A stretch of 64,000 nucleotides of DNA from Escherichia phage vB_EcoM-G3F7. Under the pieces are notes generated by a model. That model was not told where the DNA came from. It made no database searches and saw only the letters and a program-made list of their open reading frames with translations. Location: the sequence record MZ234035.1. The stretch is one strand, 5' to 3'. Below, piece after piece: positions 9,233-17,732 of the stretch (position 1 is the stretch's first letter; every line of letters starts with the position of its first letter). A program made the position numbers and the translations under genes.

Positions 9233-9233
9233 T

Positions 9234-9545
9234 ATGGTTTATGTATATGCGATAGTTTACCGAGACAAAGACGGATTTACGGCGCCAGTTCCACTTGATG
9301 AACATCGTCCTGCTGTGTTTTTTGAAAGAGAGATTGCTGATAGAGTTTTTACTACTCTCAAAGACCAATATAAACTAGCTTTAGGTATGGGAATTCCAAG
9401 ACTAGTTGAGACTCCACGCAAGTTTTGGTTTAATAAAATAGAAGTTAAACATGTTAAGCCTGATGTAGATACACAAAGATTATATCAACGAATTCTAGAT
9501 ACTGGGCGTATTGTTAGTATTCCAATTGCAGGGACTTTCCGATGA
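9234..9545 (+). CDS. Hypothetical protein (dda.1 position)
   Basis: 103 aa, ATG start, immediately upstream of dda. Confidence 0.5.
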   Translation: MVYVYAIVYRDKDGFTAPVPLDEHRPAVFFEREIADRVFTTLKDQYKLALGMGIPRLVETPRKFWFNKIEVKHVKPDVDTQRLYQRILDTGRIVSIPIAGTFR

Positions 9546-10861
9546 CATTTGATGATTTGACAGAAGGCCAGAAAAATGCCTTTAACATCGTTATGAGGGC
9601 TATTAAAGAAAAGAAACATCATGTAACTATTAATGGACCTGCTGGTACTGGTAAGACTACTCTTACTAAGTTCATCATTGAAGCTTTAATATCTACGGGT
9701 GAAACTGGTATTATTTTAGCAGCTCCTACACATGCAGCTAAAAAGATTCTTTCAAAACTGTCGGGGAAAGAAGCGAGTACTATTCACAGTATTCTTAAAA
9801 TTAACCCAGTTACGTATGAAGAAAACGTTCTTTTTGAACAGAAGGAAGTACCAGATTTAGCTAAATGCAGGGTATTAATCTGCGACGAAGCGTCAATGTA
9901 TGATAGAAAGCTATTTAAAATTCTGCTTTCAACTATTCCACCTTGGTGTACTATAATTGGAATAGGTGATAATAAGCAAATTAGACCTGTTGATCCAGGA
10001 GAAAATACTGCTTATATCAGTCCATTCTTTACACATAAAGATTTTTATCAGTGTGAACTCACTGAAGTTAAACGCAGTAATGCTCCTATTATTGATGTAG
10101 CTACTGACGTTCGTAACGGTAAGTGGATTTATGATAAAGTTGTTGACGGGCATGGAGTACGTGGATTTACTGGTGATACCGCTTTACGCGATTTTATGGT
10201 AAATTATTTTTCAATCGTCAAATCTCTAGATGATTTGTTTGAAAATCGCGTAATGGCATTTACGAATAAATCTGTTGACAAGTTAAATAGCATTATTCGT
10301 AAAAAGATTTTTGAAACTGATAAAGATTTTATTGTCGGTGAAATTATTGTAATGCAGGAACCATTAATTAAAACATATAAAATTGATGGAAAGCCTGTGT
10401 CAGAAATTATTTTTAATAACGGACAATTAGTTCGTATTATAGAAGCAGAGTATACATCAACATTTGTTAAAGCTCGTGGTGTTTCTGGAGAATACTTAAT
10501 TCGTCATTGGGATTTAACAGTAGAAACTTACGGCGATGATGAATATTATCGTGAAAAGATTAAAATAATTTCATCTGATGAAGAGCTATATAAGTTTAAC
10601 CTATTTTTAGGTAAAACAGCAGAAACTTATAAAAACTGGAATAAGGGTGGAAAAGCTCCATGGAGTGATTTTTGGGATGCTAAATCACAGTTTAGTAAAG
10701 TGAAAGCACTTCCTGCATCAACATTCCATAAAGCGCAGGGTATGTCTGTAGACCGTGCTTTCATCTATACACCTTGTATTCATTATGCAGATGCTGAATT
10801 GGCTCAACAACTTCTTTATGTTGGTGTTACCCGTGGTCGTTATGACGTATTTTATGTGTGA
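9542..10861 (+). CDS. dda: Dda 5'-3' DNA helicase (SF1B)
   Basis: 439 aa; Walker A GPAGTGKTT; matches T4 Dda as recalled. Confidence 0.93.
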   Translation: MTFDDLTEGQKNAFNIVMRAIKEKKHHVTINGPAGTGKTTLTKFIIEALISTGETGIILAAPTHAAKKILSKLSGKEASTIHSILKINPVTYEENVLFEQKEVPDLAKCRVLICDEASMYDRKLFKILLSTIPPWCTIIGIGDNKQIRPVDPGENTAYISPFFTHKDFYQCELTEVKRSNAPIIDVATDVRNGKWIYDKVVDGHGVRGFTGDTALRDFMVNYFSIVKSLDDLFENRVMAFTNKSVDKLNSIIRKKIFETDKDFIVGEIIVMQEPLIKTYKIDGKPVSEIIFNNGQLVRIIEAEYTSTFVKARGVSGEYLIRHWDLTVETYGDDEYYREKIKIISSDEELYKFNLFLGKTAETYKNWNKGGKAPWSDFWDAKSQFSKVKALPASTFHKAQGMSVDRAFIYTPCIHYADAELAQQLLYVGVTRGRYDVFYV

Positions 10862-10867
10862 GGATAT

Positions 10868-11128
10868 ATGATTAACATCAATTCAAAATATTTAAATCGT
10901 CTAATAGATTGTATAAGGAAGCATACTAATAAGCAAGATAATCTCGATGTTATGGTAACAGGAGCTGAGCTCCTTCATAAGCTTTATCTTATAAGTGATA
11001 CTATATTAGCAATTAAACGAATTGAAAAACAATCATATCACAGTAATACAGATACGGTAATTACACTAGATGAAAGTGTCTGTAAATTACTAATTAAATT
11101 TGAGGAAGCTATTCGTGGAAATAACTAA
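10868..11128 (+). CDS. Hypothetical small protein (86 aa)
   Basis: ATG with GAGGA SD. Confidence 0.45.
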   Translation: MININSKYLNRLIDCIRKHTNKQDNLDVMVTGAELLHKLYLISDTILAIKRIEKQSYHSNTDTVITLDESVCKLLIKFEEAIRGNN

Positions 11129-11360
11129 AGACCAGTTTTATCTGCTTCAAGATAAAGTGAGCGAAATTTATGAAATAGCTTATAGTAAAAATCGTGAAAC
11201 TGTAAAAATTGAATCTAGTAAGTTGATGCTTCAATTAGAAGAAATTGAACGAGATTTAATTGCGTTAGAATTCTTTTGTGGTGAAGTGAAAACTGTCACA
11301 ATCAGTGATTATGTTTTAGGTGAAATTAGCTATCTTTATAAGGCGATTATTAATGATTGA
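11100..11360 (+). CDS. Hypothetical small protein; paralog of next ORF; start uncertain (TTG 11100 or GTG 11115)
   Basis: Track ORF begins with TTG; shares L.EE...D......V.I.DY.LG.I..L pattern with 11353..11595. Confidence 0.4.
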   Translation: MRKLFVEITKDQFYLLQDKVSEIYEIAYSKNRETVKIESSKLMLQLEEIERDLIALEFFCGEVKTVTISDYVLGEISYLYKAIIND

Positions 11361-11595
11361 ATTAAGTTGGTGTCAGTTTAAATCTCTTATGACAAATGTT
11401 AAAGCTGTCATTGAGAAAAATTCTGGTCCTGAAAATATTACTATTCGCGAAAAAGCTTTAAAGATAATATACAGTCTTGAAGAGATGCAAAAAGATATTG
11501 AATCTATGGCAAAATTTATTGATGAACCTATTAATAAAGTTTATATTCAAGACTATACTGTAGGCCAAATTCGCGATTTAGCGAGGAAAATTTAA
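11353..11595 (+). CDS. Hypothetical small protein; paralog of previous ORF
   Basis: Track ORF 11320..11595; ATG at 11353 overlaps upstream stop; similarity to preceding ORF. Confidence 0.45.
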   Translation: MIELSWCQFKSLMTNVKAVIEKNSGPENITIREKALKIIYSLEEMQKDIESMAKFIDEPINKVYIQDYTVGQIRDLARKI

Positions 11596-12278
11596 TGTTT
11601 GATTTTATTATAGATTTTGAAACAATGGGAAGTGGTGAAAAAGCAGCTGTTATTGATTTAGCTGTAATTGCTTTTGACCCTAACCCAGAAGTAGTTGAAA
11701 CATTTGATGAATTAGTTTCACGCGGCATTAAAATCAAATTTGATTTAAAAAGCCAAAAAGGACATCGTCTTTTTACTAAAAGCACTATCGAATGGTGGAA
11801 AAATCAGTCTCCTGAAGCTCGAAAAAATATTGCACCGTCCGATGAAGATGTAAGCACTATCGACGGTATTGCGAAATTTAATGATTACATCAATGCACAT
11901 AATATCGATCCTTGGAAATCTCAAGGCTGGTGCCGTGGAATGTCGTTTGATTTTCCAATTTTAGTCGATCTCATTCGTGATATTCAACGTCTTAATGGTG
12001 TTTCTGAGAATGAACTTGACACATTTAAGTTAGAACCATGTAAATTCTGGAATCAGCGTGATATTCGTACCAGAATTGAAGCACTTCTGCTTGTTCGTGA
12101 TATGACCACGTGTCCTCTTCCAAAAGGAACTTTAGATGGATTCGTTGCGCATGATTCTATTCATGACTGCGCGAAAGACATCCTGATGATGAAGTACGCT
12201 TTGCGATATGCTATGGGTCTTGAAGATGCTCCATCAGAGGAAGATTGCGATCCTCTATCTCTTCCAACAAAACGATAA
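11595..12278 (+). CDS. dexA: Exonuclease A DexA (DnaQ-like 3'-5' exonuclease)
   Basis: 227 aa MFDFIIDFETMG...; matches T4 DexA as recalled. Confidence 0.88.
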   Translation: MFDFIIDFETMGSGEKAAVIDLAVIAFDPNPEVVETFDELVSRGIKIKFDLKSQKGHRLFTKSTIEWWKNQSPEARKNIAPSDEDVSTIDGIAKFNDYINAHNIDPWKSQGWCRGMSFDFPILVDLIRDIQRLNGVSENELDTFKLEPCKFWNQRDIRTRIEALLLVRDMTTCPLPKGTLDGFVAHDSIHDCAKDILMMKYALRYAMGLEDAPSEEDCDPLSLPTKR

Positions 12279-12284
12279 AAAGTT

Positions 12285-12314
12285 GTTTACTTCCTCGGTT
12301 AGTTGTGGTATTAT
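12285..12314 (+). promoter_or_regulatory. T4-type early promoter
   Basis: GTTTAC 12285-12290, 18-nt spacer, TATTAT 12309-12314. Confidence 0.4.
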
Positions 12315-12341
12315 AACACCATAGCTACTGAGGATAATAAA

Positions 12342-12842
12342 ATGAAAATTTATCGTGTTGAATCATCGTTTAGTATTCTTGATTATGAAGATGCTATAAC
12401 AATACGTCGAAATCTTTGTGTTCAAATAACGCCGTACAGGAGTATAATAGATTCATGGAGCGAAGAGTGGCTATTACACGTAGGTTATGACAGACCTAAT
12501 TTTATGCATCATAGCGATAATAATAAAAGAATTCCTTTACCACACGAAGATAAACTATTAGTTAAAAACGCTAATATAGTAATTAATACTAAGTTCAAGA
12601 AAGATTATGTTGGAGTAGAATATCATATTCCAGGATGGTTTATAGCTCTTTATCATTTTGCTTTCGCTAGCGAATATGATATGATGAGATGGTTCACACG
12701 AGAAGAGCGTGAAGAATTAGCTTCGAAAGGATTTTATCTTGCTGTATACGAAGTACCAGATGACCAAGTTATCGTTGGCGGGCATCAAGTAATGTTCCGT
12801 AAATCCCATGCTGAACTTGTAGATTTTATTGAAATGAGATAA
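12342..12842 (+). CDS. Hypothetical protein (166 aa)
   Basis: Track ORF 12303..12842 begins with TTG inside the promoter; ATG 12342 follows GAGGA. Confidence 0.5.
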   Translation: MKIYRVESSFSILDYEDAITIRRNLCVQITPYRSIIDSWSEEWLLHVGYDRPNFMHHSDNNKRIPLPHEDKLLVKNANIVINTKFKKDYVGVEYHIPGWFIALYHFAFASEYDMMRWFTREEREELASKGFYLAVYEVPDDQVIVGGHQVMFRKSHAELVDFIEMR

Positions 12843-12844
12843 TT

Positions 12845-13390
12845 ATGAAATTTAATTATAATCCTGAATACACACCGAATCCGGCAGCTAAACTGATTGA
12901 TTTTGACGTTGTAAGTACTTATGTATGCCCTGTTAAACCACTGGAAATTAAGGAACCTACTATGACTACCGCTATTGAAATCGGCAAAACCTACAAACTG
13001 GTTGAACCTAAAATTAAAACTAATGCCTTGATTTCTGGTCATAAAACTCTGACTGATGTTTTTGGCGAAGGCGAATTTATTGTTGAAGAATTTGCCAAAA
13101 GTGAGTGGTTTGACAAATCTTACGTCATCCACGGTCGCCGGTTAGATAATAACAAAATAAAGAAAAACCTGGTTTATGAAGATGAGTTCATCCTGTTCCA
13201 AGAAGTTGAAGAACAAGACCCTACAGACCTGTTGTGTGCTGCTGTGTCTATCCGTCGTCCTTTTGATAATCCTATCTGTGGTTGGGTAACAGACCAGTGG
13301 ATTGAAGATGGTGTTGAGCTTCTGAACGTTGTCCATGCAGGAGATTTTAGTGTAGTACCTCGTAGTGCGGTGGTAGCTATTTTGAATTAA
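12845..13390 (+). CDS. MotB-paralog protein (motB.1 position)
   Basis: 181 aa; C-terminal CGWVTDQWIEDGVELLNVVHAGDFSVVP is clearly paralogous to CGYITDQWVEDGVKLYNVVFLGTYKVIP in the next ORF. Confidence 0.5.
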   Translation: MKFNYNPEYTPNPAAKLIDFDVVSTYVCPVKPLEIKEPTMTTAIEIGKTYKLVEPKIKTNALISGHKTLTDVFGEGEFIVEEFAKSEWFDKSYVIHGRRLDNNKIKKNLVYEDEFILFQEVEEQDPTDLLCAAVSIRRPFDNPICGWVTDQWIEDGVELLNVVHAGDFSVVPRSAVVAILN

Positions 13391-13393
13391 TAG

Positions 13394-13422
13394 TTTACAA
13401 ACTCTTGGGACCAGAGTATAAT
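13394..13422 (+). promoter_or_regulatory. T4-type early promoter
   Basis: GTTTAC 13394-13399, 17-nt spacer, TATAAT 13417-13422. Confidence 0.5.
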
Positions 13423-13466
13423 GGTCCTGTGGAGTATAAAATCTTTTTAACAAGTGAGAGATAACT

Positions 13467-13955
13467 ATGATTATTAATATTGGTGAAATTGCTCGTGTAT
13501 CTGATAAATCCCGTTCTAAAGCAGCAGGAAAATTGGTCGAAGTTGTAAGCATTCAGCTTAAACACGGTGTTAAAGATGAAGATTCTGAAGTAAAAGTACG
13601 TATCATTGCTAAAGATGGAATGTCTAAGCCCCAGTTTGGTTATGTTCGATGGAAATTTCTTGAGCCTGCGTTTTTGAAAGCTGTTCCTGCTAAAGGAATT
13701 GAAACGATTGATACTTCGCATGTAGGTGTAGACTTTAAGTGGAAACTCGGTCAAGCTATCAAGTTCATTGCTCCTTGTGAATTTAAATTTATCAAAGATG
13801 ATGGAAAGGCTGTTTATACTCGCGCTATGTGTGGATACATTACCGATCAATGGGTAGAAGATGGCGTTAAGTTGTACAACGTGGTATTTTTAGGAACATA
13901 TAAAGTCATTCCTGAAAGTTGGATTAAACACTACAGCAATGCTCTCTATGCATAA
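13467..13955 (+). CDS. motB: MotB-like protein, assigned by size (162 aa) and synteny
   Basis: 162 aa; position between dexA and gene 39 as T4 motB; paralog of upstream ORF. Confidence 0.45.
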   Translation: MIINIGEIARVSDKSRSKAAGKLVEVVSIQLKHGVKDEDSEVKVRIIAKDGMSKPQFGYVRWKFLEPAFLKAVPAKGIETIDTSHVGVDFKWKLGQAIKFIAPCEFKFIKDDGKAVYTRAMCGYITDQWVEDGVKLYNVVFLGTYKVIPESWIKHYSNALYA

Positions 13956-13985
13956 AGTTTAAAATTTTTTCATAAAACTATATAC

Positions 13986-14028
13986 ATCAGTAGTTGATTA
14001 TGGTACTATATCAATATCAACTACTGAT
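13986..14028. repeat. 13-bp perfect inverted repeat bracketing a promoter-like -10 region
   Basis: ATCAGTAGTTGAT (13986-13998) and ATCAACTACTGAT (14016-14028) flank TATGGTACTATATCAAT. Confidence 0.5.
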
Positions 14029-14129
14029 ACAGAAAACAACTTGGAGAATAAAATGGATAATTCGTTAAAGGTGCGCTGATACTCTTCTGAAACGCATCGC
14101 TCCAATGTTCAATTAATGAGGAAATTATG

Positions 14130-14345
14130 ATGAAACGTAAAATTGTTCAGAATTGCACTAATGATGAATTTGAAGATGTATTATTCGATCCAGATTTGGT
14201 AGTAGTTCAAAAGGAACACACTATCAAGTTTACTCACTTGACTTCGGTTTATGTGTATGAAAAGGTTGGGGATAAACAACCAATTTACGGTGTATTTCGT
14301 GAAATCACTGAAGATGGTACAACTTACTGGAAGGAAATTTATTAA
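14130..14345 (+). CDS. cef: Cef-like protein, by size and synteny
   Basis: Track ORF 14127..14345 starts ATGATG; second ATG gives 71 aa, the size I recall for T4 Cef; GAGGA SD. Confidence 0.4.
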   Translation: MKRKIVQNCTNDEFEDVLFDPDLVVVQKEHTIKFTHLTSVYVYEKVGDKQPIYGVFREITEDGTTYWKEIY

Positions 14346-14758
14346 TGGCTATTAAATTTGAAGTTAATAAATGGTATCAATTTAAAAATAAACAAGCTCA
14401 AGAAAATTTTATTAAAGACCATACTGATAACGGAATCTATGCACGCCGTTTAGGTATGCATCCTTTTAAAATTTTAGATGTGGATGCTCTTGGGCGTCCT
14501 ATTAAAATTATGTCATTTGCTGGAAATTTAGTACTATCTTCTGGTAAAGATATTTTGGATGAAGATTTTATTTGGCTTTCATCGAATGAAGCTGAATTCT
14601 TTAATGAAGTTGAAAATCCATACCAGGCAGCTGAAGAGCAGGAAGAATCTGCACCGATAACTGATCAATCTAAATTCCCTGTAATGAAAGTTACTATTGA
14701 AAATGATGAACAGGCATGGTCCTTGTATCAGATGTTGAAAGCTCACTTTAAGGAATAA
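14345..14758 (+). CDS. goF: GoF-like protein, by synteny
   Basis: 137 aa, adjacent to cef-like ORF as in T4. Confidence 0.35.
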   Translation: MAIKFEVNKWYQFKNKQAQENFIKDHTDNGIYARRLGMHPFKILDVDALGRPIKIMSFAGNLVLSSGKDILDEDFIWLSSNEAEFFNEVENPYQAAEEQEESAPITDQSKFPVMKVTIENDEQAWSLYQMLKAHFKE

Positions 14759-14760
14759 TT

Positions 14761-14937
14761 ATGCCGCTTTATGATTATAAATGTCAATCAAAAGACTGCG
14801 CAAAAGAATACGAAAAAATCAAGAAAATTTCTGAAAGAGATACTGATGTATGTCCTGATTGTCATCGGATTGCTATTCGGTTAGTCTCTGCCCCTAAGCA
14901 TGTGAATGGCGGATTTTACGACTTACTTAAAGGGTAA
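14761..14937 (+). CDS. Small zinc-ribbon protein (FmdB-like CxxC...CxxC)
   Basis: Hand-translated MPLYDYKCQSKDCAKEYEKIKKISERDTDVCPDCHRIAIRLVSAPKHVNGGFYDLLKG; AAGGA SD. Confidence 0.45.
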   Translation: MPLYDYKCQSKDCAKEYEKIKKISERDTDVCPDCHRIAIRLVSAPKHVNGGFYDLLKG

Positions 14938-14939
14938 TT

Positions 14940-15311
14940 ATGTTTAAAATCGGTAAGAAATATCGCATTCGCGAAGGTGAAGAAAAGAAATATCTATTTT
15001 CTGCTATTTATAGGAATGGTTCTATTAATGCTGTAATATCTACAAGCGAATTTATCGTTGAAGATATGAAAGGTAATAATGTTACAATGATTAGTACAGC
15101 ATCTGGAAATGACGGAAAAATTCTTCACAGTTTTCAGAGTAATGTTCTAATTTATGATGAAGAATTTGACTTCTTCGAAGAAGTTCCCGAAGGTTTTGCT
15201 TTTGAATGCACTATCACTATGAAATCTGGTGACCCTCTTTCTTTTACAGTTAAAGATGAAGGAAGTCGCTTGAGAATTATTAGTCTTCTTCAAGCCATTA
15301 AATTTAAGTGA
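14940..15311 (+). CDS. Hypothetical protein (123 aa)
   Basis: Track ORF, ATG start. Confidence 0.5.
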   Translation: MFKIGKKYRIREGEEKKYLFSAIYRNGSINAVISTSEFIVEDMKGNNVTMISTASGNDGKILHSFQSNVLIYDEEFDFFEEVPEGFAFECTITMKSGDPLSFTVKDEGSRLRIISLLQAIKFK

Positions 15312-15316
15312 AAATT

Positions 15317-15577
15317 ATGAAATATATTAATCGTTCTATCGCGGCATTAGTATTAGCAGTGTCTTTAGTAGGATGTACTGATGCTGATAATGCAACCAAA
15401 GTTTTGTCTTCAAGCGGTTTTACTAATATTGAAATCACTGGATATAACTGGTTCGGTTGTTCTGAAAATGATTTCCAACATACTGGATTTCGTGCTATTG
15501 GACCTACTGGGCAGAAAGTAGAAGGAACAGTATGTTCTGGGCTGTTCTTTAAGGATTCAACTATTCGTTTTAAATAA
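15317..15577 (+). CDS. Putative lipoprotein (signal peptide with lipobox LVGC)
   Basis: Track ORF 15308..15577 starts GTG; ATG at 15317 gives MKYINRSIAALVLAVSLVGCTD... Confidence 0.45.
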   Translation: MKYINRSIAALVLAVSLVGCTDADNATKVLSSSGFTNIEITGYNWFGCSENDFQHTGFRAIGPTGQKVEGTVCSGLFFKDSTIRFK

Positions 15578-15594
15578 AAGGCCTTCGGGCCTTT
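15577..15594 (+). terminator. Stem-loop terminator upstream of gene 39
   Basis: AAAGGCC-TTCG-GGCCTTT; same hairpin recurs at 63349-63366. Confidence 0.45.
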
Positions 15595-15619
15595 AGCTTT
15601 ATGATTACCGGAGTATAAT
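15595..15619 (+). promoter_or_regulatory. Candidate middle promoter for gene 39
   Basis: MotA-box-like AGCTTTA followed by TATAAT at 15614-15619. Confidence 0.3.
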
Positions 15620-15646
15620 ATTCCCGAAACCAAACGAGGATAAGTG

Positions 15647-17464
15647 ATGATTAAGAATGAAATTAAAATTCTGAGCGATATTGAACATATCAAAAAGCGT
15701 AGCGGCATGTACATTGGCTCTTCTGCTAATGAAATGCATGAGCGCTTTCTGTTTGGTAAATGGGAAAGTGTTCAGTATGTACCTGGTCTTGTTAAGCTTA
15801 TTGATGAAATTATCGATAACTCAGTAGATGAAGGTATTCGTACTAAGTTTAAATTCGCAAATAAAATTAATGTTACTATTAAAAACAATCAAGTAACAGT
15901 TGAAGATAACGGTCGTGGTATTCCACAAGCGATGGTTAAAACACCTACCGGTGAAGAAATTCCTGGTCCAGTTGCTGCATGGACTATTCCAAAAGCGGGT
16001 GGTAACTTCGGTGATGATAAAGAACGCGTCACCGGCGGTATGAATGGTGTTGGTTCTAGTTTGACAAACATTTTTTCTGTGATGTTTGTCGGTGAAACTG
16101 GTGATGGTCAAAATAATATTGTAGTTCGTTGTTCAAATGGCATGGAAAATAAATCATGGGAAGATATTCCTGGAAAATGGAAAGGAACTCGTGTTACTTT
16201 CATTCCAGATTTTATGTCATTTGAAACTAATGAATTATCTCAAGTTTATCTTGACATTACACTAGATCGTCTCCAGACACTTGCTGTTGTTTATCCTGAT
16301 ATTCAATTTACCTTTAATGGTAAAAAGGTTCAGGGCAATTTTAAGAAATATGCACGACAGTATGATGAACATGCTATCGTTCAAGAACAAGAAAATTGTT
16401 CTATTGCGGTTGGTCGTTCACCCGACGGTTTTCGTCAATTAACATACGTCAATAACATTCATACTAAGAATGGTGGCCATCACATTGACTGTGTTATGGA
16501 TGATATTTGTGAAGACCTTATTCCACAAATCAAACGCAAGTTCAAAATTGATGTAACTAAAGCACGCGTTAAAGAATGTTTGACTATCGTTATGTTTGTT
16601 CGTGATATGAAAAACATGCGATTTGATTCTCAAACTAAAGAGCGTTTGACTTCTCCATTTGGTGAAATCCGTAGTCATATTCAGCTTGATGCTAAAAAGA
16701 TTTCACGTGCTATTTTGAATAATGAAGCAATTCTGATGCCAATTATTGAAGCTGCTTTGGCTCGTAAATTGGCGGCAGAAAAAGCAGCAGAAACTAAAGC
16801 AGCTAAAAAGGCATCTAAAGCTAAGGTTCATAAACATATCAAAGCGAATCTTTGTGGTAAAGATGCTGATACTACATTGTTCTTGACTGAGGGTGATTCT
16901 GCTATCGGATATCTTATTGATGTTCGTAATAAAGAACTTCATGGTGGTTATCCATTACGTGGTAAAGTTCTCAACAGTTGGGGTATGTCATATGCTGATA
17001 TGCTTAAAAACAAAGAACTATTTGATATTTGCGCAATCACTGGATTAGTTCTTGGTGAAAAAGCTGAAAACTTGAATTATCATAATATTGCTATTATGAC
17101 TGATGCTGACCATGATGGTCTAGGAAGCATTTATCCTTCTCTGCTTGGATTTTTTAGTAATTGGCCAGAACTGTTTGAGCAAGGAAGAATTCGCTTCGTC
17201 AAAACTCCTGTAATCATCGCTCAGGTCGGTAAAAAACAAGAATGGTTTTATACAGTCGCTGAATATGAGAGTGCCAAAGATGCTCTACCTAAACATAGCA
17301 TCCGTTATATTAAAGGACTTGGCTCTTTGGAAAAATCTGAATATCGTGAGATGATTCAAAACCCAGTATATGATGTTGTTAAACTTCCTGAGAACTGGAA
17401 AGAGCTTTTTGAAATGCTCATGGGAGATAATGCTGACCTTCGTAAAGAATGGATGAGCCAGTAG
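15647..17464 (+). CDS. 39: DNA topoisomerase II large (ATPase, GyrB-like) subunit, uninterrupted 39+60-type fusion
   Basis: 605 aa from ATG 15647 (track ORF starts at GTG 15644); GHKL ATPase plus TOPRIM region in a single ORF. Confidence 0.9.
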   Translation: MIKNEIKILSDIEHIKKRSGMYIGSSANEMHERFLFGKWESVQYVPGLVKLIDEIIDNSVDEGIRTKFKFANKINVTIKNNQVTVEDNGRGIPQAMVKTPTGEEIPGPVAAWTIPKAGGNFGDDKERVTGGMNGVGSSLTNIFSVMFVGETGDGQNNIVVRCSNGMENKSWEDIPGKWKGTRVTFIPDFMSFETNELSQVYLDITLDRLQTLAVVYPDIQFTFNGKKVQGNFKKYARQYDEHAIVQEQENCSIAVGRSPDGFRQLTYVNNIHTKNGGHHIDCVMDDICEDLIPQIKRKFKIDVTKARVKECLTIVMFVRDMKNMRFDSQTKERLTSPFGEIRSHIQLDAKKISRAILNNEAILMPIIEAALARKLAAEKAAETKAAKKASKAKVHKHIKANLCGKDADTTLFLTEGDSAIGYLIDVRNKELHGGYPLRGKVLNSWGMSYADMLKNKELFDICAITGLVLGEKAENLNYHNIAIMTDADHDGLGSIYPSLLGFFSNWPELFEQGRIRFVKTPVIIAQVGKKQEWFYTVAEYESAKDALPKHSIRYIKGLGSLEKSEYREMIQNPVYDVVKLPENWKELFEMLMGDNADLRKEWMSQ

Positions 17465-17493
17465 TTTACTTTACCACAAGGATGTGGTATAAT
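17464..17493 (+). promoter_or_regulatory. T4-type early promoter
   Basis: GTTTAC 17464-17469, 18-nt spacer, TATAAT 17488-17493. Confidence 0.5.
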
Positions 17494-17518
17494 TAATTGG
17501 GCAAATGAGGATATTGAA

Positions 17519-17722
17519 ATGAAATCATATAAAGTAAATTTAGAACTTTTTGATAAAGCAGTTCATCGAGAATATAGAATCATTCAACGCTTTTTCGATA
17601 TGGGAGAAGCTGAAGAGTTTAAAAACCGCTTTAAGGATATTAGAGATAAAATTCAATCCGACACCGCAACTAAAGATGAACTACTAGAAGTTGCTGAAGT
17701 TATTAAACGCAATATGAATTAA
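17519..17722 (+). CDS. Hypothetical protein (rIIA.1 position)
   Basis: 67 aa, ATG with GAGGA SD. Confidence 0.5.
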   Translation: MKSYKVNLELFDKAVHREYRIIQRFFDMGEAEEFKNRFKDIRDKIQSDTATKDELLEVAEVIKRNMN

Positions 17723-17732
17723 TGAGGAAATT

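Noticed and set aside
15821-16942. Minus-strand ORFs (15821, 15889, 16439, 16703) inside gene 39
   Set aside because: Antisense to topoisomerase gene; no RBS; chance ORFs.
15647-17464. Gene-60-type translational bypass (50-nt hop) in topoisomerase gene
   Set aside because: The reading frame is continuous over 605 codons with no in-frame stop or take-off/landing codon pair.
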